Assembly (NCBI GenBank): GCA_002269645.1
Contig: NIVC01000016.1
Location: 858,638-922,637 of the forward strand
Length of the DNA: 64,000 bases
Direction: 5' to 3'
Source: Macrostomum lignano
Taxonomy: Eukaryota
In this document: positions 1 through 29,235 of the stretch, piece by piece
Layout: the number at the start of each line of letters is the position of its first letter
How positions within the stretch are numbered: position 1 is the stretch's first letter
Program-made: the position numbers and the translations under genes
Notes under the pieces: model-generated
The model's database searches: none
What the model was told of the DNA's origin: nothing
Seen by the model: only the letters and a program-made list of their open reading frames with translations

Positions 1-3000
1 GCTGTAATCAGTGACCAGTTGCTGTAATCATTGACCAGTTGCAGTAATCAGTGACGAGTTGCAGCAATCAGGGACCAGTTTCTGTAATCAATGACGAGTT
101 GCAGCAATCAGTGACGAGTTGCAGCAATCAGTGACCAGTTGCATCAATCAGTGACCAGTTGCAGTAATCAGTGACCAGTTGCAGCAATCAGTGACCAGTT
201 GCAGCAATCAGTGACCAGTTTCTGTAATCAGTGACGAGTTGCAGCAATCAGTGACCAGTTGCATCAATCAGTGACCAGTTGCAGTAATCAGTGACCAAAA
301 ACAGTAATCAGTGACCAGTTGCAGTAATCAGTGACCAGTTGCAGCAATCAGTGACCAGTTGCAGTAGTCAGTGACCAGTTGCAGTAATAAGTGACCAGTT
401 GCAGTAATCAGTTACCAGTTGCTGTAATCAGTGACCAGTTGCTGTAATCAGTGACCAGTTGCTGTAATCAGTGACCAGTTGCAGTAATCAGTGACCAAAA
501 ACAGTAATCAGTGACCAGTTGCAGTAATCAGTGACCAGTTGCAGTAATCAGTGACCAGTTGCAGCAATCAGTTACCAGTTGCTGTAATCAGTGACCAGTT
601 GCAGTAATCAGTGACCAGTTTCTGTAATCAGTGACGAGTTGCAGCAATCAGTGACCAGTTGCATCAATCAGTGACCAGTTGCAGCAATCAGTGACCAAAA
701 ACAGTAATCAGTGACCAGTTGCAGTAATCAGTGACCAGTTGCAGTAATCAGTGACCAGTTGCAGCAATCAGTGACCAGTTTCTGTAATCAGTGACGAGTT
801 GCAGCAATCAGTGACCAGTTGCAGCAATCAGTGACCAGTTTCTGTAATCAGTGACCAGTTGCTGTAATCAGTGACGAGTTGCAGCAATCAGTGACCAGTT
901 GCAGCAATCAGTGATCAGTTGCAGTAATCAGTGACCAGTTGCAGTAATCAGTGACCAGTTGCAGTAATCAGTGACCAGTTGCAGCAATCAGTGACCAGTT
1001 TCTGTAATCAGTGACGAGTTGCTGTAATCAGTGACCAGTTGCAGTAATCAGTGACCAGTTGCAGCAATCAGTGACCAGTTGCAGCAATCAGTGACCAGTT
1101 GCAGCAATCAGTGACCAGTTGCAGTAATCAGTGACCAGTTTCTGTAATCAGTGACCAGTTGCTGTAATCAGTGACGAGTTGCTGTAATCAGTGACCAGTT
1201 GCAGTAATCAGTGACCAGTTGCAGCAATCAGTGACCAGTTGCAGCAATCAGTGACCAGTTGCAGCAATCAGTGACCAGTTTCTGTAATCAGTGACGAGTT
1301 GCAGCAATCAGTGACCAGTTGCAGTAATCAGTGACCAGTTGCAGTAATCAGTGACCAGTTGCAGTAATCAGTGACCAGTTGCAGCAATCAGTGACCAGTT
1401 TCTGTAATCAGTGACGAGTTGCAGCAATCAGTGACCAGTTTGCAGCAATCAGTGACCAGTTTCTGTAATCAGTGACCAGTTGCTGTAATCAGTGACGAGT
1501 TGCAGCAATCAGTGACCAGTTGCAGCAATCAGTGATCAGTTGCAGTAATCAGTGACCAGTTGCAGTAATCAGTGACCAGTTGCAGTAATCAGTGACCAGT
1601 TGCAGCAATCAGTGACCAGTTTCTGTAATCAGTGACGAGTTGCTGTAATCAGTGACCAGTTGCAGTAATCAGTGACCAGTTGCAGCAATCAGTGACCAGT
1701 TGCAGCAATCAGTGACCAGTTGCAGCAATCAGTGACCAGTTGCAGTAATCAGTGACCAGTTTCTGTAATCAGTGACCAGTTGCTGTAATCAGTGACGAGT
1801 TGCTGTAATCAGTGACCAGTTGCAGTAATCAGTGACCAGTTGCAGCAATCAGTGACCAGTTGCAGCAATCAGTGACCAGTTGCAGCAATCAGTGACCAGT
1901 TTCTGTAATCAGTGACGAGTTGCAGCAATCAGTGACCAGTTGCATCAATCAGTGACCAGTTGCAGTAATCAGTGACCAGTTGCAGTAATCAGTGACCAGT
2001 TGCAGTAATCAGTGACCAGTTGCAGCAATCAGTGACCAGTTGCAGTAATCAGTGACCAGTTGCAGTAATCAGTGACCAGTTGCAGTAATCAGTGACCAGT
2101 TGCAGTAATCAGTGACCAGTTGCTGTAATCAGTGACCAGTTGCTGTAATCAGTGACCAGTTGCAATCAGTGACAGTTGCATCAGTGACCAGTTTCTGTAA
2201 TCAGTGACGAGTTGCAGCAATCAGTGACCAGTTGCAGCAATCAGTGACCAGTTTCTGTAATCAGTGACCAGTTGCTGTAATCAGTGACGAGTTGCAGCAA
2301 TCAGTGACCAGTTGCAGCAATCAGTGACCAGTTGCAGCAATCAGTGACCAGTTGCTGTAATCAGTTACCAGTTGCTGTAATCAGTTACCAGTTGCTGTAA
2401 TCAGTGACCAGTTGCAGTAATCAGTTACCAGTTGCTGTAATCAGTGACCAGTTGCTGTAATCAGTGACCAGTTGCTGTAATCAGTGACCAGTTGCAGTAA
2501 TCAGTGACGAGTTGCAGCAATCAGGGACCAGTTTCTGTAATCAATGACGAGTTGCAGCAATCAGTGACGAGTTGCAGCAATCAGTGACCAGTTGCATCAA
2601 TCAGTGACCAGTTGCAGTAATCAGTGACCAGTTGCAGCAATCAGTGACCAGTTGCAGCAATCAGTGACCAGTTTCTGTAATCAGTGACGAGTTGCAGCAA
2701 TCAGTGACCAGTTGCATCAATCAGTGACCAGTTGCAGTAATCAGTGACCAAAAACAGTAATCAGTGACCAGTTGCAGTAATCAGTGACCAGTTGCAGCAA
2801 TCAGTGACCAGTTGCAGTAGTCAGTGACCAGTTGCAGTAATAAGTGACCAGTTGCAGTAATCAGTTACCAGTTGCTGTAATCAGTGACCAGTTGCTGTAA
2901 TCAGTGACCAGTTGCTGTAATCAGTGACCAGTTGCAGTAATCAGTGACCAAAAACAGTAATCAGTGACCAGTTGCAGTAATCAGTGACCAGTTGCAGCAA

Positions 3001-6000
3001 TCAGTGACCAGTTGCAGCAATCAGTTACCAGTTGCTGTAATCAGTGACCAGTTGCAGTAATCAGTGACCAGTTTCTGTAATCAGTGACGAGTTGCAGCAA
3101 TCAGTGACCAGTTGCATCAATCAGTGACCAGTTGCAGCAATCAGTGACCAAAAACAGTAATCAGTGACCAGTTGCAGTAATCAGTGACCAGTTGCAGTAA
3201 TCAGTGACCAGTTGCAGCAATCAGTGACCAGTTTCTGTAATCAGTGACGAGTTGCAGCAATCAGTGACCAGTTGCAGCAATCAGTGACCAGTTGCATCAA
3301 TCAGTGACCAGTTGCAGTAATCAGTGACCAGTTGCAGCAATCAGTGACGAGTTGCAGCAATCAGTGACCAGTTTCTGTAATCAGTGACCAGTTGCAGCAA
3401 TCAGTGACGAGTTGCAGCAATCAGTGACCAGTTGCAGCAATCAGTGACCAGTTTCTGTAATCAGTGACGAGTTGCTGTAATCAGTGACCAGTTGCAGTAA
3501 TCAGTGACCAGTTGCAGCAATCAGTGACCAGTTGCAGCAATCAGTGACCAGTTGCAGCAATCAGTGACCAGTTGCAGTAATCAGTGACCAGTTTCTGTAA
3601 TCAGTGACCAGTTGCTGTAATCAGTGACGAGTTGCTGTAATCAGTGACCAGTTGCAGTAATCAGTGACCAGTTGCAGCAATCAGTGACCAGTTGCAGCAA
3701 TCAGTGACCAGTTGCAGCAATCAGTGACCAGTTTCTGTAATCAGTGACGAGTTGCAGCAATCAGTGACCAGTTGCAGTAATCAGTGACCAGTTGCAGTAA
3801 TCAGTGACCAGTTGCAGTAATCAGTGACCAGTTGCAGCAATCAGTGACCAGTTTCTGTAATCAGTGACGAGTTGCAGCAATCAGTGACCAGTTGCAGCAA
3901 TCAGTGACCAGTTTCTGTAATCAGTGACCAGTTGCTGTAATCAGTGACGAGTTGCAGCAATCAGTGACCAGTTGCAGCAATCAGTGATCAGTTGCAGTAA
4001 TCAGTGACCAGTTGCAGTAATCAGTGACCAGTTGCAGTAATCAGTGACCAGTTGCAGCAATCAGTGACCAGTTTCTGTAATCAGTGACGAGTTGCTGTAA
4101 TCAGTGACCAGTTGCAGTAATCAGTGACCAGTTGCAGCAATCAGTGACCAGTTGCAGCAATCAGTGACCAGTTGCAGCAATCAGTGACCAGTTGCAGTAA
4201 TCAGTGACCAGTTTCTGTAATCAGTGACCAGTTGCTGTAATCAGTGACGAGTTGCTGTAATCAGTGACCAGTTGCAGTAATCAGTGACCAGTTGCAGCAA
4301 TCAGTGACCAGTTGCAGCAATCAGTGACCAGTTGCAGCAATCAGTGACCAGTTTCTGTAATCAGTGACGAGTTGCAGCAATCAGTGACCAGTTGCATCAA
4401 TCAGTGACCAGTTGCAGTAATCAGTGACCAGTTGCAGTAATAAGTGACCAGTTGCAGTAATCAGTGACCAGTTGCAGCAATCAGTGACCAGTTGCAGTAG
4501 TCAGTGACCAGTTGCAGTAATAAGTGACCAGTTGCAGTAATCAGTGACCAGTTGCAGTAATCAGTGACCAGTTGCTGTAATCAGTGACCAGTTGCTGTAA
4601 TCAGTGACCAGTTGCAGCAATCAGGGACCAGTTTCTGTAATCAGTGACGAGTTGCAGCAATCAGTGACCAGTTGCAGCAATCAGTGACCAGTTTCTGTAA
4701 TCAGTGACCAGTTGCTGTAATCAGTGACGAGTTGCAGCAATCAGTGACCAGTTGCAGCAATCAGTGATCAGTTGCAGTAATCAGTGACCAGTTGCAGTAA
4801 TCAGTGACCAGTTGCAGTAATCAGTGACCAGTTGCAGCAATCAGTGACCAGTTTCTGTAATCAGTGACGAGTTGCTGTAATCAGTGACCAGTTGCAGTAA
4901 TCAGTGACCAGTTGCAGCAATCAGTGACCAGTTGCAGCAATCAGTGACCAGTTGCAGCAATCAGTGACCAGTTGCAGTAATCAGTGACCAGTTTCTGTAA
5001 TCAGTGACCAGTTGCTGTAATCAGTGACGAGTTGCTGTAATCAGTGACCAGTTGCAGTAATCAGTGACCAGTTGCAGCAATCAGTGACCAGTTGCAGCAA
5101 TCAGTGACCAGTTGCAGCAATCAGTGACCAGTTTCTGTAATCAGTGACGAGTTGCAGCAATCAGTGACCAGTTGCATCAATCAGTGACCAGTTGCAGTAA
5201 TCAGTGACCAAAAACAGTAATCAGTGACCAGTTGCAGTAATCAGTGACCAGTTGCAGCAATCAGTGACCAGTTGCAGTAGTCAGTGACCAGTTGCAGTAA
5301 TAAGTGACCAGTTGCAGTAATAAGTGACCAGTTGCAGTAATCAGTTACCAGTTGCTGTAATCAGTGACCAGTTGCTGCAAACAGTGACCAGTTGCAGTAA
5401 TCAGTTACCAGTTGCTGTAATCAGTGACCAGTTGCTGTAATCAGTTACCAGTTGCTGTAATCAGTTACCAGTTGCTGTAATCAGTGACCAGTTGCAGTAA
5501 TCAGTTACCAGTTGCTGTAATCAGTGACCAGTTGCTGTAATCAGTGACCAGTTGCTGTAATCAGTGACCAGTTGCAGTAATCAGTGACGAGTTGCAGCAA
5601 TCAGGGACCAGTTTCTGTAATCAATGACGAGTTGCAGCAATCAGTGACGAGTTGCAGCAATCAGTGACCAGTTGCATCAATCAGTGACCAGTTGCAGTAA
5701 TCAGTGACCAGTTGCAGCAATCAGTGACCAGTTGCAGCAATCAGTGACCAGTTTCTGTAATCAGTGACGAGTTGCAGCAATCAGTGACCAGTTGCATCAA
5801 TCAGTGACCAGTTGCAGTAATCAGTGACCAAAAACAGTAATCAGTGACCAGTTGCAGTAATCAGTGACCAGTTGCAGCAATCAGTGACCAGTTGCAGTAG
5901 TCAGTGACCAGTTGCAGTAATAAGTGACCCGTTGCAGTAATCAGTTACCAGTTGCTGTAATCAGTGACCAGTTGCTGTAATCAGTGACCAGTTGCTGTAA

Positions 6001-9000
6001 TCAGTGACCAGTTGCAGTAATCAGTGACCAAAAACAGTAATCAGTGACCAGTTGCAGTAATCAGTGACCAGTTGCAGCAATCAGTGACCAGTTGCAGCAA
6101 TCAGTTACCAGTTGCTGTAATCAGTGACCAGTTGCAGTAATCAGTGACCAGTTTCTGTAATCAGTGACGAGTTGCAGCAATCAGTGACCAGTTGCATCAA
6201 TCAGTGACCAGTTGCAGCAATCAGTGACCAAAAACAGTAATCAGTGACCAGTTGCAGTAATCAGTGACCAGTTGCAGCAATCAGTGACCAGTTGCAGTAG
6301 TCAGTGACCAGTTGCAGTAATAAGTGACCAGTTGCAGTAATCAGTGACCAGTTGCAGTAATCAGTTACCAGTTGCTGTAATCAGTGACCAGTTGCTGTAA
6401 TCAGTGACCAGTTGCAGTAATCAGTTACCAGTTGCTGTAATCAGTGACCAGTTGCTGTAATCAGTGACCAGTTGCTGTAATCAGTGACCAGTTGCTGTAA
6501 TCAGTGACCAAAAACAGTAATCAGTGACCAGTTGCAGTAATCAGTGACCAGTTGCTGTAATCAGTGACCAGTTGCAGTAATCAGTGACCAAAAACAGTAA
6601 TCAGTGACCAGTTGCAGTAATCAGTGACCAGTTGCAGCAATCAGTGACCAGTTGCAGTAATCAGTGACCGGTTGCAGCAATCAGTGACCAGTTGCAGTAG
6701 TCAGTGACCAGTTGCAGTAGTCAGTGACCAGTTGCAGTAGTCAGTGACCAGTTGCAGTAATCAGTGACCAGTTGCAGCAATCAGTTACCAGTTGCTGTAA
6801 TCAGTGACCAGTTGCAGTAATCAGTGACGAGTTGCTGTAATCAGTGACCAGTTGCAGTAATCAGTGACCAGTTGCTGTAATCAGTGACCAGTTGCAGTAA
6901 TCAGTGACGAGTTGCAGCAATCAGGGACCAGTTTCTGTAATCAGTGACGAGTTGCAGCAATCAGTGACCAGTTTCTGTAATCAGTGACCAGTTGCTGTAA
7001 TCAGTGACGAGTTGCTGTAATCAGTGACCAGTTGCAGTAATCAGTGACCAGTTGTAATCAGTGACAGTTGCAGCAATCAGTGACCAGTTGCAGCAATCAG
7101 TGACCAGTTTCTGTAATCAGTGACGAGTTGCAGCAATCAGTGACCAGTTGCATCAATCAGTGACCAGTTGCAGTAATCAGTGACCAGTTGCAGCAATCAG
7201 TGACGAGTTGCAGCAATCAGTGACCAGTTTCTGTAATCAGTGACCAGTTGCAGCAATCAGTGACGAGTTGCAGCAATCAGTGACCAGTTGCAGTAATCAG
7301 TGACCAGTTGCAGTAATCAGTGACCAGTTGCAGCAATCAGTGACCAGTTGCAGTAATCAGTGACCAGTTTCTGTAATCAGTGACCAGTTGCAGCAATCAG
7401 TGACCAGTTGCAGCAATCAGTGACCAGTTTCTGTAATCAGTGACCAGTTGCTGTAATCAGTGACGAGTTGCTGTAATCAGTGACCAGTTGCAGTAATCAG
7501 TGACCAGTTGCAGCAATCAGTGACCAGTTGCAGCAATCAGTGACCAGTTTCTTTCTGTAATCAGTGACGAGTTGCAGCAATCAGTGACCAGTTGCATCAA
7601 TCAGTGACCAGTTGCAGTAATCAGTGACCAGTTGCAGCAATCAGTGACCAGTTGCAGCAATCAGGGACCAGTTTCTGTAATCAATGACGAGTTGCAGCAA
7701 TCAGTGACGAGTTGCAGCAATCAGTGACCAGTTGCATCAATCAGTGACCAGTTGCAGTAATCAGTGACCAGTTGCAGCAATCAGTGACCAGTTGCAGCAA
7801 TCAGTGACCAGTTTCTGCAATCAGTGACGAGTTGCAGCAATCAGTGACCAGTTGCATCAATCAGTGACCAGTTGCAGTAATCAGTGACCAAAAACAGTAA
7901 TCAGTGACCAGTTGCAGTAATCAGTGACCAGTTGCAGCAATCAGTGACCAGTTGCAGTAATCAGTGACCAGTTGCAGTAATAGTGACCAGTTGCAGTAAT
8001 CAGTGACCAGTTGCAGTAATCAGTGACCAGTTGCTGTAATCAGTGACCAGTTGCAGCAATCAGTGACCAGTTGCTGTAATCAGTGACCAGTTGCTGTAAT
8101 CAGTGACCAGTTGCTGTAATCAGTGACCAGTTGCTGTAATCAGTGACCAGTTGCTGTAATCAGTGACCAGTTGCAGTAATCAGTGACCAGTTGCAGTAAT
8201 CAGTGACCAGTTGCTGTAATCAGTGACCAGTTGCAGTAATCAGTGACCAGTTGCAAATCAGTGACCAGTTGCAGTAATCAGTGACCAGTTGCAGCAATCA
8301 GTGACCAGTTGCAGCAATCAGTGACCAGTTGCTGTAATCAGTGACCAGTTGCAGTAATCAGTGACGAGTTGCAGCAATCAGTGACCAGTTGCAGTAATCA
8401 GTGACCAGTTGCAGCAATCAGTGACCAGTTGCAGCAATCAGTGACCAGTTTCTGTAATCAGTGACCAGTTGCAGCAATCAGTGACGAGTTGCTGTAATCA
8501 GTGACCAGTTGCAGTAATCAGTGACCAGTTGCAGCAATCAGTGACCAGTTGCTGTAATCAGTGACCAGTTGCAGTAATCAGTGACGAGTTGCAGCAATCA
8601 GGGACCAGTTTCTGTAATCAGTGACGAGTTGCAGCAATCAGTGACCAGTTGCAGCAATCAGTGACCAGTTTCTGTAATCAGTGACCAGTTGCTGTAATCA
8701 GTGACGAGTTGCTGTAATCAGTGACCAGTTGCAGTAATCAGTGACCAGTTGCAGCAATCAGTGACCAGTTGCAGCAATCAGTGACCAGTTTCTGTAATCA
8801 GTGACGAGTTGCAGCAATCAGTGACCAGTTGCATCAATCAGTGACCAGTTGCAGTAATCAGTGACCAGTTGCAGCAATCAGTGACGAGTTGCAGCAATCA
8901 GTGACCAGTTTCAGTCAGTGACCAGTTTCTGTAATCAGTGACGAGTTGCAGCAATCAGTGACCAGTTGCAGCAATCAGTGACCAGTTGCAGTAATCAGTG

Positions 9001-11550
9001 ACCAGTTGCAGTAATCAGTGACCAGTTGCAGCAATCAGTGACCAGTTTCTGTAATCAGTGACGAGTTGCAGCAATCAGTGACCAGTTGCAGCAATCAGTG
9101 ACCAGTTTCTGTAATCAGTGACCAGTTGCTGTAATCAGTGACGAGTTGCTGTAATCAGTGACCAGTTGCAGTAATCAGTGACCAGTTGCAGCAATCAGTG
9201 ACCAGTTGCAGCAATCAGTGACCAGTTTCTGTAATCAGTGACGAGTTGCAGCAATCAGTGACCAGTTGCAGCAATCAGTGACCAGTTGCAGTAATCAGTG
9301 ACCAGTTGCAGTAATCAGTGACCAGTTGCAGCAATCAGTGACCAGTTGCAGCAATCAGTGACCAGTTTCTGTAATCAGTGACGAGTTGCAGCAATCAGTG
9401 ACCAGTTGCATCAATCAGTGACCAGTTGCAGTAATCAGTGACCAGTTGCAGTAATCAGTGACCAGTTGCAGCAATCAGTGACCAGTTGCAGCAATCAGTG
9501 ACCAGTTGCAGTAATCAGTGACCAGTTGCATCAATCAGTGACCAGTTGCAGTAATCAGTGACCAGTTGCAGTAATCAGTGACCAGTTGCAGTAATCAGTG
9601 ACCAGTTGCAGCAATCAGTGACCAGTTGCAGCAATCAGTGACCAGTTGCAGTAATCAGTGACCAGTTGCAGTAATCAGTGACCAGTTGCAGTAATCAGTT
9701 ACCAGTTGCTGTAATCAGTGACCAGTTGCAGTAATCAGTGACCAGTTGCAGCAATCAGTGACCAGTTGCAGCAATCAGTGACCAGTTTCTGTAATCAGTG
9801 ACCAGTTGCAGCAATCAGTGACCAGTTGCAGCAATCAGTGACCAGTTGCAGTAATCAGTGACCAGTTGCAGTAATCAGTGACCAGTTGCAGCAATCAGTG
9901 ACCAGTTGCAGTAATCAGTTACCAGTTGCTGTAATCAGTGACGAGTTGCAGCAATCAGTGACCAGTTGCAGTAATCAGTGACCAGTTGCAGTAATCAGTG
10001 ACCAGTTGCAGCAGTAATCAGTGACCAGTTGCAGTAATCAGTGACCAGTTGCTGTAATCAGTGACCAGTTGCAGTAATCAGTGACCAGTTGCAGTAATCA
10101 GTGACCAGTTGCAGTAATCAGTGACCAGTTGCAGTAATCAGTGACCAGTTGCAGTAATCAGTGACCAGTTGCAGCAATCAGTGACCAGTTGCAGTAATCA
10201 GTGACCAGTTGCAGTGTAATCAGTGACCAGTTGCAGTAATCAGTGACCAGTTGCTGTAATCAGTGACCAGTTGCTGTAATCAGTGACCAGTTGCAGTAAT
10301 CAGTTACCAGTTGCTGTAATCAGTGACCAGTTGCAGTAATCAGTGACCAGTTGCTGTAATCAGTGACCAGTTGCAGTAATCAGTGACCAAAAACAGTAAT
10401 CAGTGACCAGTTGCAGTAATCAGTGACCAGTTGCAGCAATCAGTGACCAGTTGCAGTAATCAGTGACCGGTTGCAGCAATCAGTGACCAGTTGCAGTAAT
10501 CAGTGACCAGTTGCAGTAATCAGTGACCAGTTGCAGTAATCAGTGACCAGTTGCAGCAATCAGTGACCAGTTGCAGTAATCAGTGACCAGTTGCAGTAAT
10601 CAGTGACCAGTTGCAGTAATCAGTGACCAGTTGCAGCAATCAGTGACCAGTTGCTGTAATCAGTGACCAGTTGCAGTAATCAGTGACCAGTTGCAGCAAT
10701 CAGGGACCAGTTGCTGTAATCAGTGACCATTTGTAGCAATCAGAGACCAGTTGCAGTAATCAGTGACCAGTTGCAGCAATCAGTGACCAGTTGCAGTAAT
10801 CAGTGACCAGTTGCAGTAATCAGTGACCAGTTGCAGCAATCAGTGACCAGTTGCAGCAATCAGTGACCAGTTGCAGCAATCAGTGACCAGTTGCAGTAAT
10901 CAGTGACCAGTTGCAGTAATCAGTGACCAGTTGCAGCAATCAGTGACCAGTTGCTGTAATCAGTGACCAGTTGCAAATCAGTGACCAGTTGCAGTAATCA
11001 GTGACTAGTTGCTGTAATCAGTGACCAGTTGCAGCAGCAAGTGACCAGTTGCAGCAAGTGACCAGTTGCTGTAATCAGTGACTAGTTACTGTAATCAGTG
11101 ACCAGTTGCAGCAGTCAGTGACCAGTTGAAGTAATCAGTGACCAGTTGCAGTAATCAGTGACCAGTTGCTGTAATCAGTGACCAGTTGCAGTAATCAGTT
11201 ACCAGTTGCTGTAATCAGTGACCAGTTGCAGTAATCAGTGACCAGTTGCAACAGCAAGTGACCAGTTGCAGTAATCAGTGACTAGTTGCTGTAATCAGTG
11301 ACCAGTTGCAGCAGCAAGTGACCAGTTGCAGCAAGTGACCAGTTGCTGTAATCAGTGACTAGTTACTGTAATCAGTGACCAGTTGCAGCAATCAGTGACC
11401 AGTTGAAGTAATCAGTGACCAGTTGCAGTAATAAGTGACCATTTGCAGTAATCAGTGACCAGTTGCAGTAATAAGTGACCAGTTGCAGTAATCAGTGACC
11501 AGTTGCAGTATTCAGTGACCAGTTGCAGTAATCAGTGACCAGTTGCAGTA
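1..11550. repeat. Intronic satellite, 20-bp unit GCAGTAATCAGTGACCAGTT, at least 11.5 kb
   Basis: Continuous tandem array with recurrent variant units. Confidence 0.99.
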
Positions 11551-11589
11551 CTGTGCAGCAACGAATCTCACCACCGTCCCTCCTCCCAG

Positions 11590-25789
<14,200 letters not shown>

Positions 25790-26984
25790 CGAATTAAAAT
25801 ACAGGCTAGGCTGTTCTCTGGTATTAAGTTGTGAATTACTGTCTGAGCCTACAATAGAAAATTAAAGTAAAGAAAGCGAACACGGGAAGTGGGTAGGGGG
25901 GGGGGTTAGAGAAAATCAATAGCGGTTTGTGGTTAAGAAAAACGGGGTTGGGGCGGGGTGTGGGGGACTATCCAGAGTACATTAGCTTAGTGTACATCTC
26001 GGGGATAGGAAGATAGATCTGAGTGGAAAGCGACTTTCGGGTGTACACGGTCAATGTACATAGCGAAATAGACTCAAACAATTACATGTAGATGAAGGTA
26101 GGCAGACACGATTCGCAATCTCATCATGCCAGATAATACACTTGTAATGGCATTAGTTCCCCGACCCTTCGAATCCCGTACGAGCTACAAAACTGCTGAG
26201 TGCTGACTGAGGCAATTAACGTCTTTCACGAAATGAACCTTCCCAAATAATAAAGATCGTAATGCTGACAGAAATTATTGTTTTTTTGTTTTTATAGTCC
26301 AATCAGGCATACAATAATAGCATCGATGAACTTTTCTCTGTATACCCTGCTATTCAATGTAAATTACATCGACCCAATATTTATGTCTACTTACAGTAGA
26401 GTAAATGTACATGCTAATTTTATATTATTGCTGGCGAGACCTGCTGTATAGAGCGAGTATTTGTAATTGTCTGAAAAGAATTACTTAAGTACATTATAGT
26501 TTATAAGCAGCACTGCTGTATTTAGCTGCAATGCAAAAATAATACCTTGATTCTGATCCCTTTTATTCAAGCAGTGAACATCACACACTGCCAAAATGTG
26601 GACTTCATCATTAACTTTTTAATAAACTAATTTTGAGTGAAAAAAGGCTCGCAGTTTTTAAGCTGCAATCTAACTGGCTTATGTTGAAATGTGTTGCAGC
26701 AGACCTGAAAGACAAGAACAGAAAGGAAGGCATTTATACATGATGCCTGTACGTATATTTCATGCAGACAAAACAGCATATATAGTGATCATCTCTAACT
26801 ATTTAGTGCAAAAATAAGTATATAGCTGCAATCCAAAATTGGTGCCGAAAATTAAAAGGCATGCTTAACAAGAGGTACCCGAGCAAAAGCCAAGAATATT
26901 TAAGAGGTGAATTAATTCAGATGCGCAGAGCGGCAATATAAAATTATTGCGAAACAAACACTTTTAACCAACGCAAGTAGGGAT

Positions 26985-29235
26985 CCAATCTGCTCAGAAA
27001 GGAATCCAGTCTGCTCAGGTAGGAATCCAGTCTCCTCAGGTAGGAATCCAATCTACTCAGGTAGGAATCCAATCTGCTTAGGTAGGAATCCAATCTGCTC
27101 AGGTAGGAATCCAATCTGCTCAGGTAGGAATCCAATCTGCTCAGGTAGGAATCCAATCTGCTCAGGTAGGAATCCAATCTGCTCAGGTAGGAATCCAATT
27201 TGCTCAGGTGGGAATGTAGTCTACTCAGGTAGGAATCTAATCTACTCAGGTAGGAATCCAATCTGCTCAGGTAGGAATCCAATCTGCTCAGGTAGGAATC
27301 CAATCTACTCAGGTAGGAATCCAATCTGCTCAGGTAGGAATCCAAAATGCTCAGGTAGGAATCCAATCTGCTCAGGTAGGAATGTAGTCTACTCAGGTAG
27401 GAATCTAATCTACTCAGGTAGGAATCCAATCTGCTCAGGTAGGAATCCAATCTGCTCAGGTAGGAATCCAATCTGCTCAGGTAGGAATCCAATCTGCTCA
27501 GGTAGGAATCCAATCTGCTCAGGTAGGAATCCAATCTGCTCAGGTAGGAATCCAGTCTGCTCAGGTAGGAATCCAATCTACTCAGGTAGGAATCCGGTCA
27601 TCTACTCAGGTAGGAATCCAGTCATCTACTCAGGTAGGAATCCAGTCATCTACTCAGGTAGGAATCCAGTCATCTACTCAGGCAGGAATCCAGTCATCTA
27701 CTCAGGTAGGAATCCAGTCATCTACTCAGGCAGGAATCCAATCTACTCAGGTAGGAATCCAGTCTACTCAGATAGGAATCCAATCTACTCAGGCAGGAAT
27801 CCAATCTACTCAGGCAGGAATCCAGTCATCTACTCAGGTAGGAATCCAGTCATCTACTCAGGTAGGAATCCAGTCATCTACTCAGGCAGGAATCCAATCT
27901 ATTCAGGTAGGAATCCAGTCTACTCAGGTAGGAATCCAATCTACTCAGGTAGGAATCCAGTCTACTCAGGTAGGAATCCAATCTACTCAGGTAGGAATCC
28001 AGTCTACTCAGGTAGGAATCCAATCTGCTTAGGTAGGAATCCAGTCTACTCAGGTAGGAATCTAGTCTACTCAGGTAGGAATCCAGTCTACTCAGGTAGG
28101 AATCCAATCTACTCAGATAGGAATCTAGTCTACTCAGGTAGGAATCCAGTCTACTCAGGTAGGAATCCAGTCTACTCAGGTAGGAATCCAGTCTACTCAG
28201 GTAGGAATCCAATCTGCTCAAGTAGGAATCCAATCTGCTCAAGTAGGAATCCAATCTGCTCAGGTAGGAATGTAGTCTACTCAGGTAGGAATCCAGTCTA
28301 CTCAGGTAGGAATCCAAACTACTCAGATAGGAATCCAGTCTACTCGGGTAAGAATGTAATTTGCTCCGGTAGGAATCCAGTCTACTCAGGTAGGAATCCA
28401 AACTACTCAGATAGGAATCCAGTCTACTCAGGTAGAAATCCAATCTGCTCAGATAAGAATCTAGTCTACTCAGGTAGGAATCCAGTCTTCTCAGGTAGGA
28501 ATCCAATCTGCTCAGATAAGAATCTAGTCTACTCAGGTAGGAATCCAATCTGCTCAGATAAGAATCTAGTCTACTCAGGTAGGAATCCAGTCTACTCAGG
28601 TAGGAATCCAATCTGCTCAGATAAGAATCTAGTCTACTCAGGTAGGAATCCAGTCTTCTCAGGTAGGAATCCAATCTGCTCAGATAAGAATCTAGTCTAC
28701 TCAGGTAGGAATCCAGTCTTCTCAGGTAGGAATCCAATCTGCTCAGATAAGAATCTAGTCTACTCAGGTAGGAATCCAATCTGCCCAGATAAGAATCTAG
28801 TCTACTCAGGTAGGAATCCAGTCTACTCAGGTAGGAATCCAATCTGCTCAGATAAGAATCTAGTCTACTCAGGTAGTAATCCAGTCTTCTCAGGTAGGAA
28901 TCCAATCTGCTCAAGTAGGAATCCAATCTGCTCAGGTAGGAATCCAATCTGCTCAAGTAGGAATCCAATCTGCTCAGGTAGGAATCCAATCTGCTCAAGT
29001 AGGAATCCAATCTGCTCAGGTAGGAATGTAGTCTACTCAGGTAGGAATCCAGTCTACTCAGGTAGGAATCCAAACTACTCAGATAGGAATCCAGTCTACT
29101 CAGGTAGGAATCCAGTCTACTCAGGTAGGAATCTAGTCTACTCAGGTAGGAATCCAGTCTACTCAGGTAGGAATCCAGTCTACTCAGGTAGGAATCCAAT
29201 CTACTCAGGTAGGAATCCAATCTACTCAGGTAGGA
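26985..29235. repeat. 21-bp minisatellite AGGTAGGAATCCAATCTGCTC with a 24-bp-variant block at ~27595-27890
   Basis: Direct reading; lies between convergent genes. Confidence 0.97.
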
